This document shows positions 15,493-22,259 of a stretch of 22,259 bases of DNA, piece by piece (positions within the stretch are counted from its first letter, which is position 1; the number at the start of each line of letters is the position of its first letter). The stretch is taken from IMG/VR virus record IMGVR_UViG_2703718804_000008. One strand, 5' to 3'. The DNA comes from a virus. Its lineage: Duplodnaviria > Heunggongvirae > Uroviricota > Caudoviricetes. The position numbers and the translations under genes were made by a program. The notes under the pieces were generated by a model. It was not told where the DNA came from, did no database searches, and was given only the letters and a program-made list of their open reading frames with translations.

Positions 15493-16002
15493 ATGATGAC
15501 GCTGATTATTCCGCGAAAGGAGGCTCCCGTGTCCGGTGAGGGTACGGTGGTCATCCCGCAACCGGCAGGCGACGAGCCGGTGATTAAAAACACGTTCTTT
15601 TTTCCCGATATCGACCCGAAGCGCGTCCGGGAACGTATGCGCCTTGAGCAGACCGTCGCCCCCGCCCGTCTGCGTGAGGCCATCAAGTCAGGCATGGCGG
15701 AGACGAATGCGGAGCTGTACGAGTACCGCGAACAGAAAATTGCCGCCGGTTTTACGCGTCTGGCGGACGTCCCGGCGGACGACATCGACGGTGAAAGCAT
15801 CAAAGTTTTTTACTACGAGCGCGCCGTGTGTGCGATGGCGACCGCGTCGCTTTATGAACGTTATCGCGGTGTGGATGCCAGTGCGAAAGGCGACAAGAAG
15901 GCCGACAGCATTGACAGCACCATTGATGAGCTGTGGCGGGATATGCGCTGGGCAGTGGCGCGCATCCAGGGCAAGCCGCGCTGCATCGTGAGTCAAATCT
16001 GA
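15493..16002 (+). CDS. L: Head completion protein (P2 gpL-like)
   Basis: 169 aa from the ATG at 15493 (GAGGT upstream); stop overlaps the X start. Confidence 0.85.
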   Translation: MMTLIIPRKEAPVSGEGTVVIPQPAGDEPVIKNTFFFPDIDPKRVRERMRLEQTVAPARLREAIKSGMAETNAELYEYREQKIAAGFTRLADVPADDIDGESIKVFYYERAVCAMATASLYERYRGVDASAKGDKKADSIDSTIDELWRDMRWAVARIQGKPRCIVSQI

Positions 16003-16205
16003 TGAAGACCTTTGCGCTACAGGGCGACACGCTCGACGCCATTTGTGTCCGGTATTACGGGCGCACTGAGGGCGTGGTTGAGACCGTGCTCGCCGCAAAT
16101 CCGGGACTGGCTGAACTGGGTGCGGTGCTGCCACACGGCACCGCCGTCGAACTGCCCGACGTTCAGACCGCGCCCGTGGCTGAAACTGTCAATCTGTGGG
16201 AGTAA
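16002..16205 (+). CDS. X: Tail protein X
   Basis: 67 aa from the ATG at 16002 (ATGA overlap with L); precedes the lysis genes, as in P2. Confidence 0.85.
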   Translation: MKTFALQGDTLDAICVRYYGRTEGVVETVLAANPGLAELGAVLPHGTAVELPDVQTAPVAETVNLWE

Positions 16206-16208
16206 CGC

Positions 16209-16490
16209 ATGACAGCAGAAGAAAAAAGCGTCCTGTCGCTTTTCATGATTGGGGTGCTGATTGTTGTCGGCAAGGTGCTTGCCGGTGGTGAACCCATCAC
16301 CCCGCGTCTGTTTATCGGGCGCATGTTGCTCGGTGGTTTTGTCTCGATGGTTGCCGGTGTTGTTCTGGTGCAGTTTCCTGACCTGTCACTGCCTGCGGTG
16401 TGCGGTATCGGCTCCATGCTGGGTATCGCCGGTTATCAGGTGATTGAGATTGCCATTCAGCGCCGCTTTAAGGGCAGGGGGAAACCGTAA
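16209..16490 (+). CDS. Y: Holin (P2 gpY-like)
   Basis: 93 aa with three hydrophobic segments (VLSLFMIGVLIVVGKVLAG, GGFVSMVAGVVLV, AVCGIGSMLGIAGY); immediately upstream of the endolysin. Confidence 0.85.
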   Translation: MTAEEKSVLSLFMIGVLIVVGKVLAGGEPITPRLFIGRMLLGGFVSMVAGVVLVQFPDLSLPAVCGIGSMLGIAGYQVIEIAIQRRFKGRGKP

Positions 16491-16987
16491 TGCCGGTTAT
16501 TAACACGCATCAGAATATCGCCGCCTTTCTCGACATGCTGGCCGTGTCCGAAGGGACGGCAAACCATCCGCTGACGAAAAACCGGGGCTATGACGTGATA
16601 GTCACCGGACTGGACGGGAAGCCGGAAATTTTCACCGACTACAGTGACCACCCGTTCGCACATGGCCGACCGGCGAAGGTGTTTAACCGTCGCGGTGAAA
16701 AATCCACGGCCTCCGGTCGCTATCAGCAGCTTTACCTGTTCTGGCCGCATTACCGCAAACAGCTTGCCCTGCCGGATTTCAGTCCGTTGTCACAGGACAG
16801 ACTTGCCATTCAGTTGATCCGCGAACGCGGTGCACTGGATGACATCCGGGCGGGACGCATTGAGCGCGCCATTTCACGCTGTCGCAATATCTGGGCGTCC
16901 CTGCCGGGTGCCGGTTACGGTCAGCGTGAGCATTCACTGGAAAAACTGGTCACCGTCTGGCGTACCGCTGGCGGCGTACCGGCTTAA
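16490..16987 (+). CDS. K: Endolysin (P2 gpK-like)
   Basis: 165 aa; TAATG overlap with the holin gene; soluble; position matches P2 K. Confidence 0.9.
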   Translation: MPVINTHQNIAAFLDMLAVSEGTANHPLTKNRGYDVIVTGLDGKPEIFTDYSDHPFAHGRPAKVFNRRGEKSTASGRYQQLYLFWPHYRKQLALPDFSPLSQDRLAIQLIRERGALDDIRAGRIERAISRCRNIWASLPGAGYGQREHSLEKLVTVWRTAGGVPA

Positions 16988-17001
16988 ACGGAGTAAACAC
17001 C

Positions 17002-17427
17002 ATGAAGAAATTATCCCTTTCACTGATGCTGAACGTGTCGCTGGCGCTGATGCTGGCACTGTCCCTGATTTACCCGCAGAGCGTGGCCGTCAATTTTGTC
17101 GCCGCCTGGGCGATTCTGGCGACGGTTATCTGTGTGGTTGCCGGTGGTGTCGGCGTGTATGCCACTGAGTATGTACTGGAACGCTACAGGTGGGAGCTGC
17201 CGCCGGAATCGCTGGCCGTGAAGATTGTCGCGTCGCTGTTTTTGCAGCCGGTGCCGTGGCGCAGACGGGCGGCGGCTCTGGTGGTGATGGTGGCGACGTT
17301 TATCTCGCTGGTCGCTGCCGGGTGGATTTTTACCGCGCTGATTTACCTCGTGGCGTTGGTGTTCTTCCGGTTGATACGCACGGCCTGTCGTCAGCGTTTT
17401 GAGGGGCGGGAACCATGTCAAAGCTGA
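17002..17427 (+). CDS. lysA: Lysis timing protein LysA-like (multi-pass membrane)
   Basis: 141 aa with several hydrophobic helices; between K and lysB. Confidence 0.7.
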   Translation: MKKLSLSLMLNVSLALMLALSLIYPQSVAVNFVAAWAILATVICVVAGGVGVYATEYVLERYRWELPPESLAVKIVASLFLQPVPWRRRAAALVVMVATFISLVAAGWIFTALIYLVALVFFRLIRTACRQRFEGREPCQS

Positions 17428-17840
17428 TGATTGTGCTGGTTGTGTTGTTATCACTGGCGGTGGCCGGTCTGTTTCTGGCGAAGCATGAAAACGCCAGCCT
17501 GCGCACCTCGCTGGACAGGGCGAACAACGTCGCCAACGGGCAGCAGACGACCATCACCATGCTGAAAAATCAGCTTCATGTTGCCCTCGCCAGAGCAGAC
17601 AAAAACGAGCTGGCGCAGATGGCACTGCGTCAGGAACTGGAGAACGCGGCGAAGCGTGAAGCACAGCGCGAGAAAACCATCACGAGGTTACTGAATGAAA
17701 ACGAAGATTTTCGCCGCTGGTACGGCGCTGGCCTGCCTGATGCTGTGCGCCGGTTGCACCAGCGCCCGGCCTGCACCGACGCCAGTGATTGTCGCCAACG
17801 CCTGCCCGAAAGTGAGCCTTTGCCCGATGCCGGGCAGTGA
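17415..17840 (+). CDS. lysB: LysB (Rz-like inner-membrane spanin)
   Basis: 141 aa; N-terminal transmembrane helix LMIVLVVLLSLAVAGLFLA followed by a charged helical region. Confidence 0.75.
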   Translation: MSKLMIVLVVLLSLAVAGLFLAKHENASLRTSLDRANNVANGQQTTITMLKNQLHVALARADKNELAQMALRQELENAAKREAQREKTITRLLNENEDFRRWYGAGLPDAVRRLHQRPACTDASDCRQRLPESEPLPDAGQ

Positions 17841-17985
17841 CCCGGAGACGAACGGCGATTTAAGTGCCGATATCCGACAGCTTGAGAACGCGCTGGCACG
17901 CTGTGCCAGCCAGGTAAAAATGATTAAACACTGTCAGGACGAAAACGATGCTCAAACCCGACAGCCTGCGCAGGGCGCTGACTGA
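17695..17985 (+). CDS. lysC: LysC (Rz1-like outer-membrane lipoprotein spanin)
   Basis: 96 aa; lipoprotein signal with lipobox (LCAGC); starts inside lysB in another frame and runs past its end. Confidence 0.7.
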   Translation: MKTKIFAAGTALACLMLCAGCTSARPAPTPVIVANACPKVSLCPMPGSDPETNGDLSADIRQLENALARCASQVKMIKHCQDENDAQTRQPAQGAD

Positions 17986-18415
17986 TGCCGTCACGGTGCT
18001 GAAAACCAGTCCCGAGATGCTGCGGATATTCGTTGATAACGGGAGTATTGCCTCCACGCTGGCGACGTCGTTGTCATTCGAAAAGCGTTACACGCTCAAT
18101 GTGATTGTGACCGACTTTACCGGTGATTTTGACCTGCTCATCGTGCCGGTGCTGGCGTGGCTGCGGGAAAATCAGCCCGACATCATGACCACCGACGCAG
18201 GCCAGAAAAAGGGCTTCACGTTTTATGCAGACATCAACAATGACAGCAGCTTTGATATCAGCATCAGCCTGATGCTGACCGAGCGCACGCTGGTCAGTGA
18301 GGTGGACGGCGCACTGCATGTGAAGAATATCCCGGAACCCACGCCGCCGGAGCCGGTCACCCGCCCGGTGGAGCTTTATATCAATGGCGAACTGGTGAGC
18401 AAGTGGGATGAATGA
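17948..18415 (+). CDS. R: Tail completion protein R
   Basis: 155 aa; position and length match P2 gpR. Confidence 0.85.
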   Translation: MLKPDSLRRALTDAVTVLKTSPEMLRIFVDNGSIASTLATSLSFEKRYTLNVIVTDFTGDFDLLIVPVLAWLRENQPDIMTTDAGQKKGFTFYADINNDSSFDISISLMLTERTLVSEVDGALHVKNIPEPTPPEPVTRPVELYINGELVSKWDE

Positions 18416-18860
18416 GTTTAAGCGTTTTGAAGACCGGCTGACCGGACTGATTGAATCGCTGTCACCGTCAGGGCGTCGGCGACTGAGCGCCGAACTGGCG
18501 AAACGTCTGCGGCAGAGTCAGCAGCGTCGGGTGATGGCTCAGAAAGCCCCGGACGGCACACCCTACGCGCCACGCCAGCAGCAGAGCGCCAGAAAAAAGA
18601 CTGGTCGTGTTAAGCGAAAAATGTTTGCGAAACTTATCACCAGTCGTTTTTTGCATATCCGCGCCAGCCCGGAACAGGCATCAATGGAGTTTTACGGCGG
18701 GAAGTCACCGAAAATCGCCAGCGTGCATCAGTTCGGTCTGTCGGAAGAAAACCGGAAAGACGGTAAGAAAATTGATTATCCGGCGCGTCCTCTGCTCGGC
18801 TTTACCAGTGAGGATGTGCAGATGATTGAAGAGATTATCCTGGCTCACCTCGACCGTTAG
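18408..18860 (+). CDS. S: Tail completion protein S
   Basis: 150 aa; start overlaps the end of R. Confidence 0.85.
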   Translation: MNEFKRFEDRLTGLIESLSPSGRRRLSAELAKRLRQSQQRRVMAQKAPDGTPYAPRQQQSARKKTGRVKRKMFAKLITSRFLHIRASPEQASMEFYGGKSPKIASVHQFGLSEENRKDGKKIDYPARPLLGFTSEDVQMIEEIILAHLDR

Positions 18861-18892
18861 TTGTGCCATTCCTGACACCTCATCGTCACATT

Positions 18893-18914
18893 GCCGCCGG
18901 TATGACCCGGCGGC
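18893..18914 (+). terminator. GC-rich hairpin between S and V (terminator or attenuator)
   Basis: GCCGCCGG-TATGAC-CCGGCGGC, perfect 8-bp stem, followed by ATCCTTCCCGTT (weak T tract); sits 13 nt before the V start. Confidence 0.3.
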
Positions 18915-18926
18915 ATCCTTCCCGTT

Positions 18927-19562
18927 ATGAACACTCTCGCAAATATTCAGGAACTCGCGCGCGCACTGCGCAACATGATTCGCACCGGCCTTGTCGTCGA
19001 AACCGACCTTAACGCCGGTCGCTGCCGTGTGCAGACCGGCGGCATGTGCACCGACTGGCTTCAGTGGCTGACCTGTCGTGCCGGGCGTTCGCGCACATGG
19101 TGGGCACCTTCCGTGGGGGAGCAGGTGCTGATTCTGGCCGTGGGCGGTGAACTCGACACGGCGTTCGTTCTGCCGGGGATTTATTCCGGCGATAACCCTG
19201 CGCCGTCTGCGTCGGCGGATGCCCTGCATATCCGTTTCCCTGACGGGGCGGTGATTGAGTATGAACCCGAAACCAGTGCACTCACGGTAAGCGGAATTAA
19301 AACGGCCAGCGTGACGGCTTCTGATTCTGTTACTGCCACGGTACCGGTGGTCACGGTGAAAGCGTCAACCCGTGTCACCCTGGACACACCAGAAGTGGTC
19401 TGCACTAACAAACTGACTACCGGCACGCTGGAAGTGCAGAAGGGCGGGACGATGCGCGGCAACATTGAACACACCGGCGGTGAACTCTCATCAAACGGTA
19501 AGGTACTGCATACCCACAAACACCCCGGCGACAGCGGCGGCACAACCGGGAGTCCTTTATGA
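18927..19562 (+). CDS. V: Baseplate spike/assembly protein V
   Basis: 211 aa; first gene of the V-W-J-I-H tail block. Confidence 0.9.
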   Translation: MNTLANIQELARALRNMIRTGLVVETDLNAGRCRVQTGGMCTDWLQWLTCRAGRSRTWWAPSVGEQVLILAVGGELDTAFVLPGIYSGDNPAPSASADALHIRFPDGAVIEYEPETSALTVSGIKTASVTASDSVTATVPVVTVKASTRVTLDTPEVVCTNKLTTGTLEVQKGGTMRGNIEHTGGELSSNGKVLHTHKHPGDSGGTTGSPL

Positions 19563-19906
19563 CAGCGCGTTATCTCGGAATGAATCGCAGTGATGGCCTG
19601 ACGGTCATTGACCTTGAGCATATCAGCCAGAGTATCGGCGATATCCTGCGCACACCGGTCGGCTCACGGGTAATGCGTCGTGATTACGGCTCGTTGCTGG
19701 CGTCAATGATTGACCAGCCGCAGACTCCGGCGCTTGAGTTGCAGATTAAGGTCGCCTGTTACATGGCGGTGCTGAAATGGGAACCCCGCGTCACCCTGTC
19801 ATCCGTCACCACGGCGCGCAGTTTTGACGGGCGAATGACGGTCACGTTAACAGGTCAGCACAACGACACCGGCCAGCCACTTTCGTTAACCATCCCTGTG
19901 AGTTGA
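19559..19906 (+). CDS. W: Baseplate protein W (gp25-like)
   Basis: 115 aa; ATGA overlap with V. Confidence 0.85.
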   Translation: MTARYLGMNRSDGLTVIDLEHISQSIGDILRTPVGSRVMRRDYGSLLASMIDQPQTPALELQIKVACYMAVLKWEPRVTLSSVTTARSFDGRMTVTLTGQHNDTGQPLSLTIPVS

Positions 19907-19910
19907 AACC

Positions 19911-20819
19911 ATGCCGATTATCGACCTGAACCAGCTACCCGCACCGGATGTGGTCGAGGAGCTGGACTTTGAAACCATTCTCGCCGAACGCAAGGCGACA
20001 CTGATTTCCCTTTACCCGGAAGACCAGCAGGAGGCGGTCGCCCGTACCCTGACGCTGGAATCCGAGCCTCTCGTCAAACTGCTGGAGGAAAATGCTTATC
20101 GTGAGCTTATCTGGCGTCAGCGTGTGAATGAGGCCGCACGGGCGGTGATGCTGGCCTGTGCCGCCGGTAATGACCTTGATGTGATTGGTGCCAATTACAA
20201 CACCACGCGCCTGATTATCACTCCGGCAGATGATTCGACTATCCCGCCGACACCGGCAGTGATGGAATCTGACACCGATTATCGTCTGCGTATTCAGCAG
20301 GCGTTTGAGGGCTTAAGCGTCGCCGGGTCGGTGGGAGCCTATCAGTATCATGGTCGCAGTGCCGACGGGCGTGTCGCGGATATCTCTGTCACCAGTCCGT
20401 CTCCGGCCTGCGTCACCATCTCCGTACTGTCACGTGAAAATAACGGTGTCGCATCCGAAGACCTGCTGGCTGTGGTGCGTAACGCCCTTAATGGCGAGGA
20501 CGTCAGGCCGGTGGCCGACCGCGTGACCGTGCAGTCTGCCGCCATCGTTGAATACCAGATAAACGCCACGCTTTACCTTTACCCTGGTCCCGAAAGCGAA
20601 CCCATCCGCGCTGCCGCCGTGAAAAAACTGGAAGCGTATATCACGGCACAGCACCGGCTGGGGCGTGACATCCGTCTGTCTGCCATTTATGCCGCTTTGC
20701 ATGTGGAAGGTGTGCAGCGTGTCGAACTGGCTGCACCACTGGCCGACATCGTGCTCAACAGTACGCAGGCGTCTTTCTGTACCGAATACCGCGTCGTGAC
20801 CGGAGGCTCGGATGAGTGA
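19911..20819 (+). CDS. J: Baseplate protein J
   Basis: 302 aa; position and length match P2 gpJ. Confidence 0.9.
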   Translation: MPIIDLNQLPAPDVVEELDFETILAERKATLISLYPEDQQEAVARTLTLESEPLVKLLEENAYRELIWRQRVNEAARAVMLACAAGNDLDVIGANYNTTRLIITPADDSTIPPTPAVMESDTDYRLRIQQAFEGLSVAGSVGAYQYHGRSADGRVADISVTSPSPACVTISVLSRENNGVASEDLLAVVRNALNGEDVRPVADRVTVQSAAIVEYQINATLYLYPGPESEPIRAAAVKKLEAYITAQHRLGRDIRLSAIYAALHVEGVQRVELAAPLADIVLNSTQASFCTEYRVVTGGSDE

Positions 20820-21423
20820 TTCGCGACTGCTGCCGACCGGCTCATCACTGCTTGAAGTTGCCGCCGCAAAAGCCTGTGCGGAAATTGAAAAAACGCCGGT
20901 CAGTATTCGTGAGCTGTGGAACCCGGATACCTGTCCGGCAAATCTGCTGCCGTGGCTGGCGTGGTCATTTTCGGTTGACCGCTGGGATGATAAGTGGCCG
21001 GAAGCGACAAAACGCGCTGTTATCCGCGATGCGTATTTCATTCACTGCCATAAGGGCACTATTGGTGCGATTCGCCGTGTGGTGGAGCCACTCGGCTATC
21101 TGATTGAGGTGAGGGAGTGGTGGCAGCTCAACGAGGAGCCGGGGACGTTCCGTATCGTTGTCGGCGTGCTTGAGCAGGGTATTACCGAGGAAATGTATCA
21201 GGAGCTGGAGCGCCTCGTTGCTGATGCAAAACCGGCAAGCCGCCATCTGACGGGACTGGCTATCAGTTTAAGTACAACCGGCAACATTTTTGCCGGTGCG
21301 GGATGCTATCACGGCGACGCCCTGACGGTTTATCCCTACACCCCGGAGGCCATTATTGTCGGAGGGGATTATTTCCCGGCCTCGGCCATTCATTTAATTG
21401 ATAACCTGAGAGTAAACGCATGA
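20812..21423 (+). CDS. I: Baseplate/tail protein I
   Basis: 203 aa; start overlaps the J stop by 8 nt; between J and the tail fibre gene. Confidence 0.85.
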   Translation: MSDSRLLPTGSSLLEVAAAKACAEIEKTPVSIRELWNPDTCPANLLPWLAWSFSVDRWDDKWPEATKRAVIRDAYFIHCHKGTIGAIRRVVEPLGYLIEVREWWQLNEEPGTFRIVVGVLEQGITEEMYQELERLVADAKPASRHLTGLAISLSTTGNIFAGAGCYHGDALTVYPYTPEAIIVGGDYFPASAIHLIDNLRVNA

Positions 21424-22259
21424 CAGTGAAATACTACGCCATTCTGACTAATCAGGGCGCAGCACGGCTGGCTAACGCGACGATGCTCGGCAGTAAGCTG
21501 AATCTGACGCAAATGGCCGTTGGTGATGCGAATGGTGTCTTGCCGACACCAGACCCGGCACAGACAAAACTGATTAACCAGAAACGCATCGCGCCGCTGA
21601 ATCTTCTGAGTGTTGACCCGAACAACCAGAGCCAGATTATTGCGGAGCAAATCATCCCTGAGAACGAGGGCGGATTCTGGATCCGTGAGATTGGGCTTTA
21701 TGATGATGAAGGCGTACTCATTGCGGTGGCGAACTGCCCGGAAACGTACAAACCGCAGTTGCAGGAAGGCAGCGGTCGTACCCAGACTATCCGCATGATT
21801 CTGGTTGTCACGAATACCGAAGCCATCACGCTGAAAATCGACCCGTCGGTGGTACTGGCGACCCGTAAATACGTGGATGATGAAGTCCTGGAATTAAAGC
21901 TGTATGTGGATGACCAGATGAGAAACCACATTGCCGCACAGGATCCTCATACCCAGTATGCACAGAAACATAATCCGACATTTACCGGAGAACCAAAAGC
22001 GCCGACGCCTGCCGCAGGAAATAACACCACGCGGATTGCGACCACTGCGTTTGTACAGGCCGCTATTACCGCTCTGATTAACGGTGCGCCTGCCACGCTG
22101 GATACACTGAAAGAAATTGCCGCAGCCATTAACAATGACCCGAAATTCAGCACCACCATTAACAATGCGCTGTCAGGTAAGCAGCCACTGGATGAGACGC
22201 TGACTCATTTGAGTGGGAAGGATGTTGCCGGTCTTCTCGCATACCTTGGTTTGGGAGAA
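21420..22259 (+). CDS. H: Tail fibre protein H, N-terminal part (truncated by window end)
   Basis: ATG at 21420 (ATGA overlap with I); open frame with no stop to the window end (280 codons, read by hand); N-terminus resembles the P2-type tail fibre. Confidence 0.85.
   Translation, partial: MTVKYYAILTNQGAARLANATMLGSKLNLTQMAVGDANGVLPTPDPAQTKLINQKRIAPLNLLSVDPNNQSQIIAEQIIPENEGGFWIREIGLYDDEGVLIAVANCPETYKPQLQEGSGRTQTIRMILVVTNTEAITLKIDPSVVLATRKYVDDEVLELKLYVDDQMRNHIAAQDPHTQYAQKHNPTFTGEPKAPTPAAGNNTTRIATTAFVQAAITALINGAPATLDTLKEIAAAINNDPKFSTTINNALSGKQPLDETLTHLSGKDVAGLLAYLGLGE

Larger units (their letters stand above)
477..22259. mobile_element. P2-like prophage, left portion (continues past window end)
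   Basis: Canonical P2 order int-C-cox-B-A-[cargo]-cos-Q-P-O-N-M-L-X-Y-K-lysA-lysB-lysC-R-S-V-W-J-I-H, with protein lengths matching P2 as I recall them (Int 337, C 99, Cox 91, Q 344, P 590, O 284, N 357, M 247, L 169, X 67, Y 93, K 165, R 155, S 150, V 211, W 115, J 302). Confidence 0.9.

Noticed and set aside
13019-21650. Antisense or alternative-frame ORFs across the late region (e.g. 13019..13477, 14797..15396, 15688..16134, 17020..17454, 18705..19229, 19181..19621, 20430..21041, 21390..21650)
   Set aside because: Same reasoning: shadow ORFs within the structural gene block; none has start or RBS support or a recognisable motif.
1-22259. CRISPR arrays, IS elements or transposases
   Set aside because: No regularly spaced direct repeats with spacers, no terminal inverted repeats flanking a transposase-like ORF; the only tandem or inverted repeats are the short sites described above.

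Overview
This window is the left ~22 kb of an integrated P2-family (peduovirus-like) prophage in an enterobacterial genome. From the left: an AT-rich lipoprotein gene in the flank, the attachment-site core, the early region int–C–cox–B–A, then a strongly AT-rich two-gene cassette (6684..9354) sitting where phage P2 carries tin/old, then the cos site, and the late genes Q P O N M L X Y K lysA lysB lysC R S V W J I H (H runs off the window end). Gene identities are assigned from gene order, protein lengths and visible motifs; no database search was run, and P2-specific sequences (att core, cos, operator spacing) are recalled from memory. The main candidate for a novel system is the cassette: an OLD/ABC-type ATPase with no nuclease domain of its own, translationally coupled to a 333-aa partner with no motif I recognise. 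I could not assign it to a named defence family from sequence alone. GC statements are by eye, not computed.
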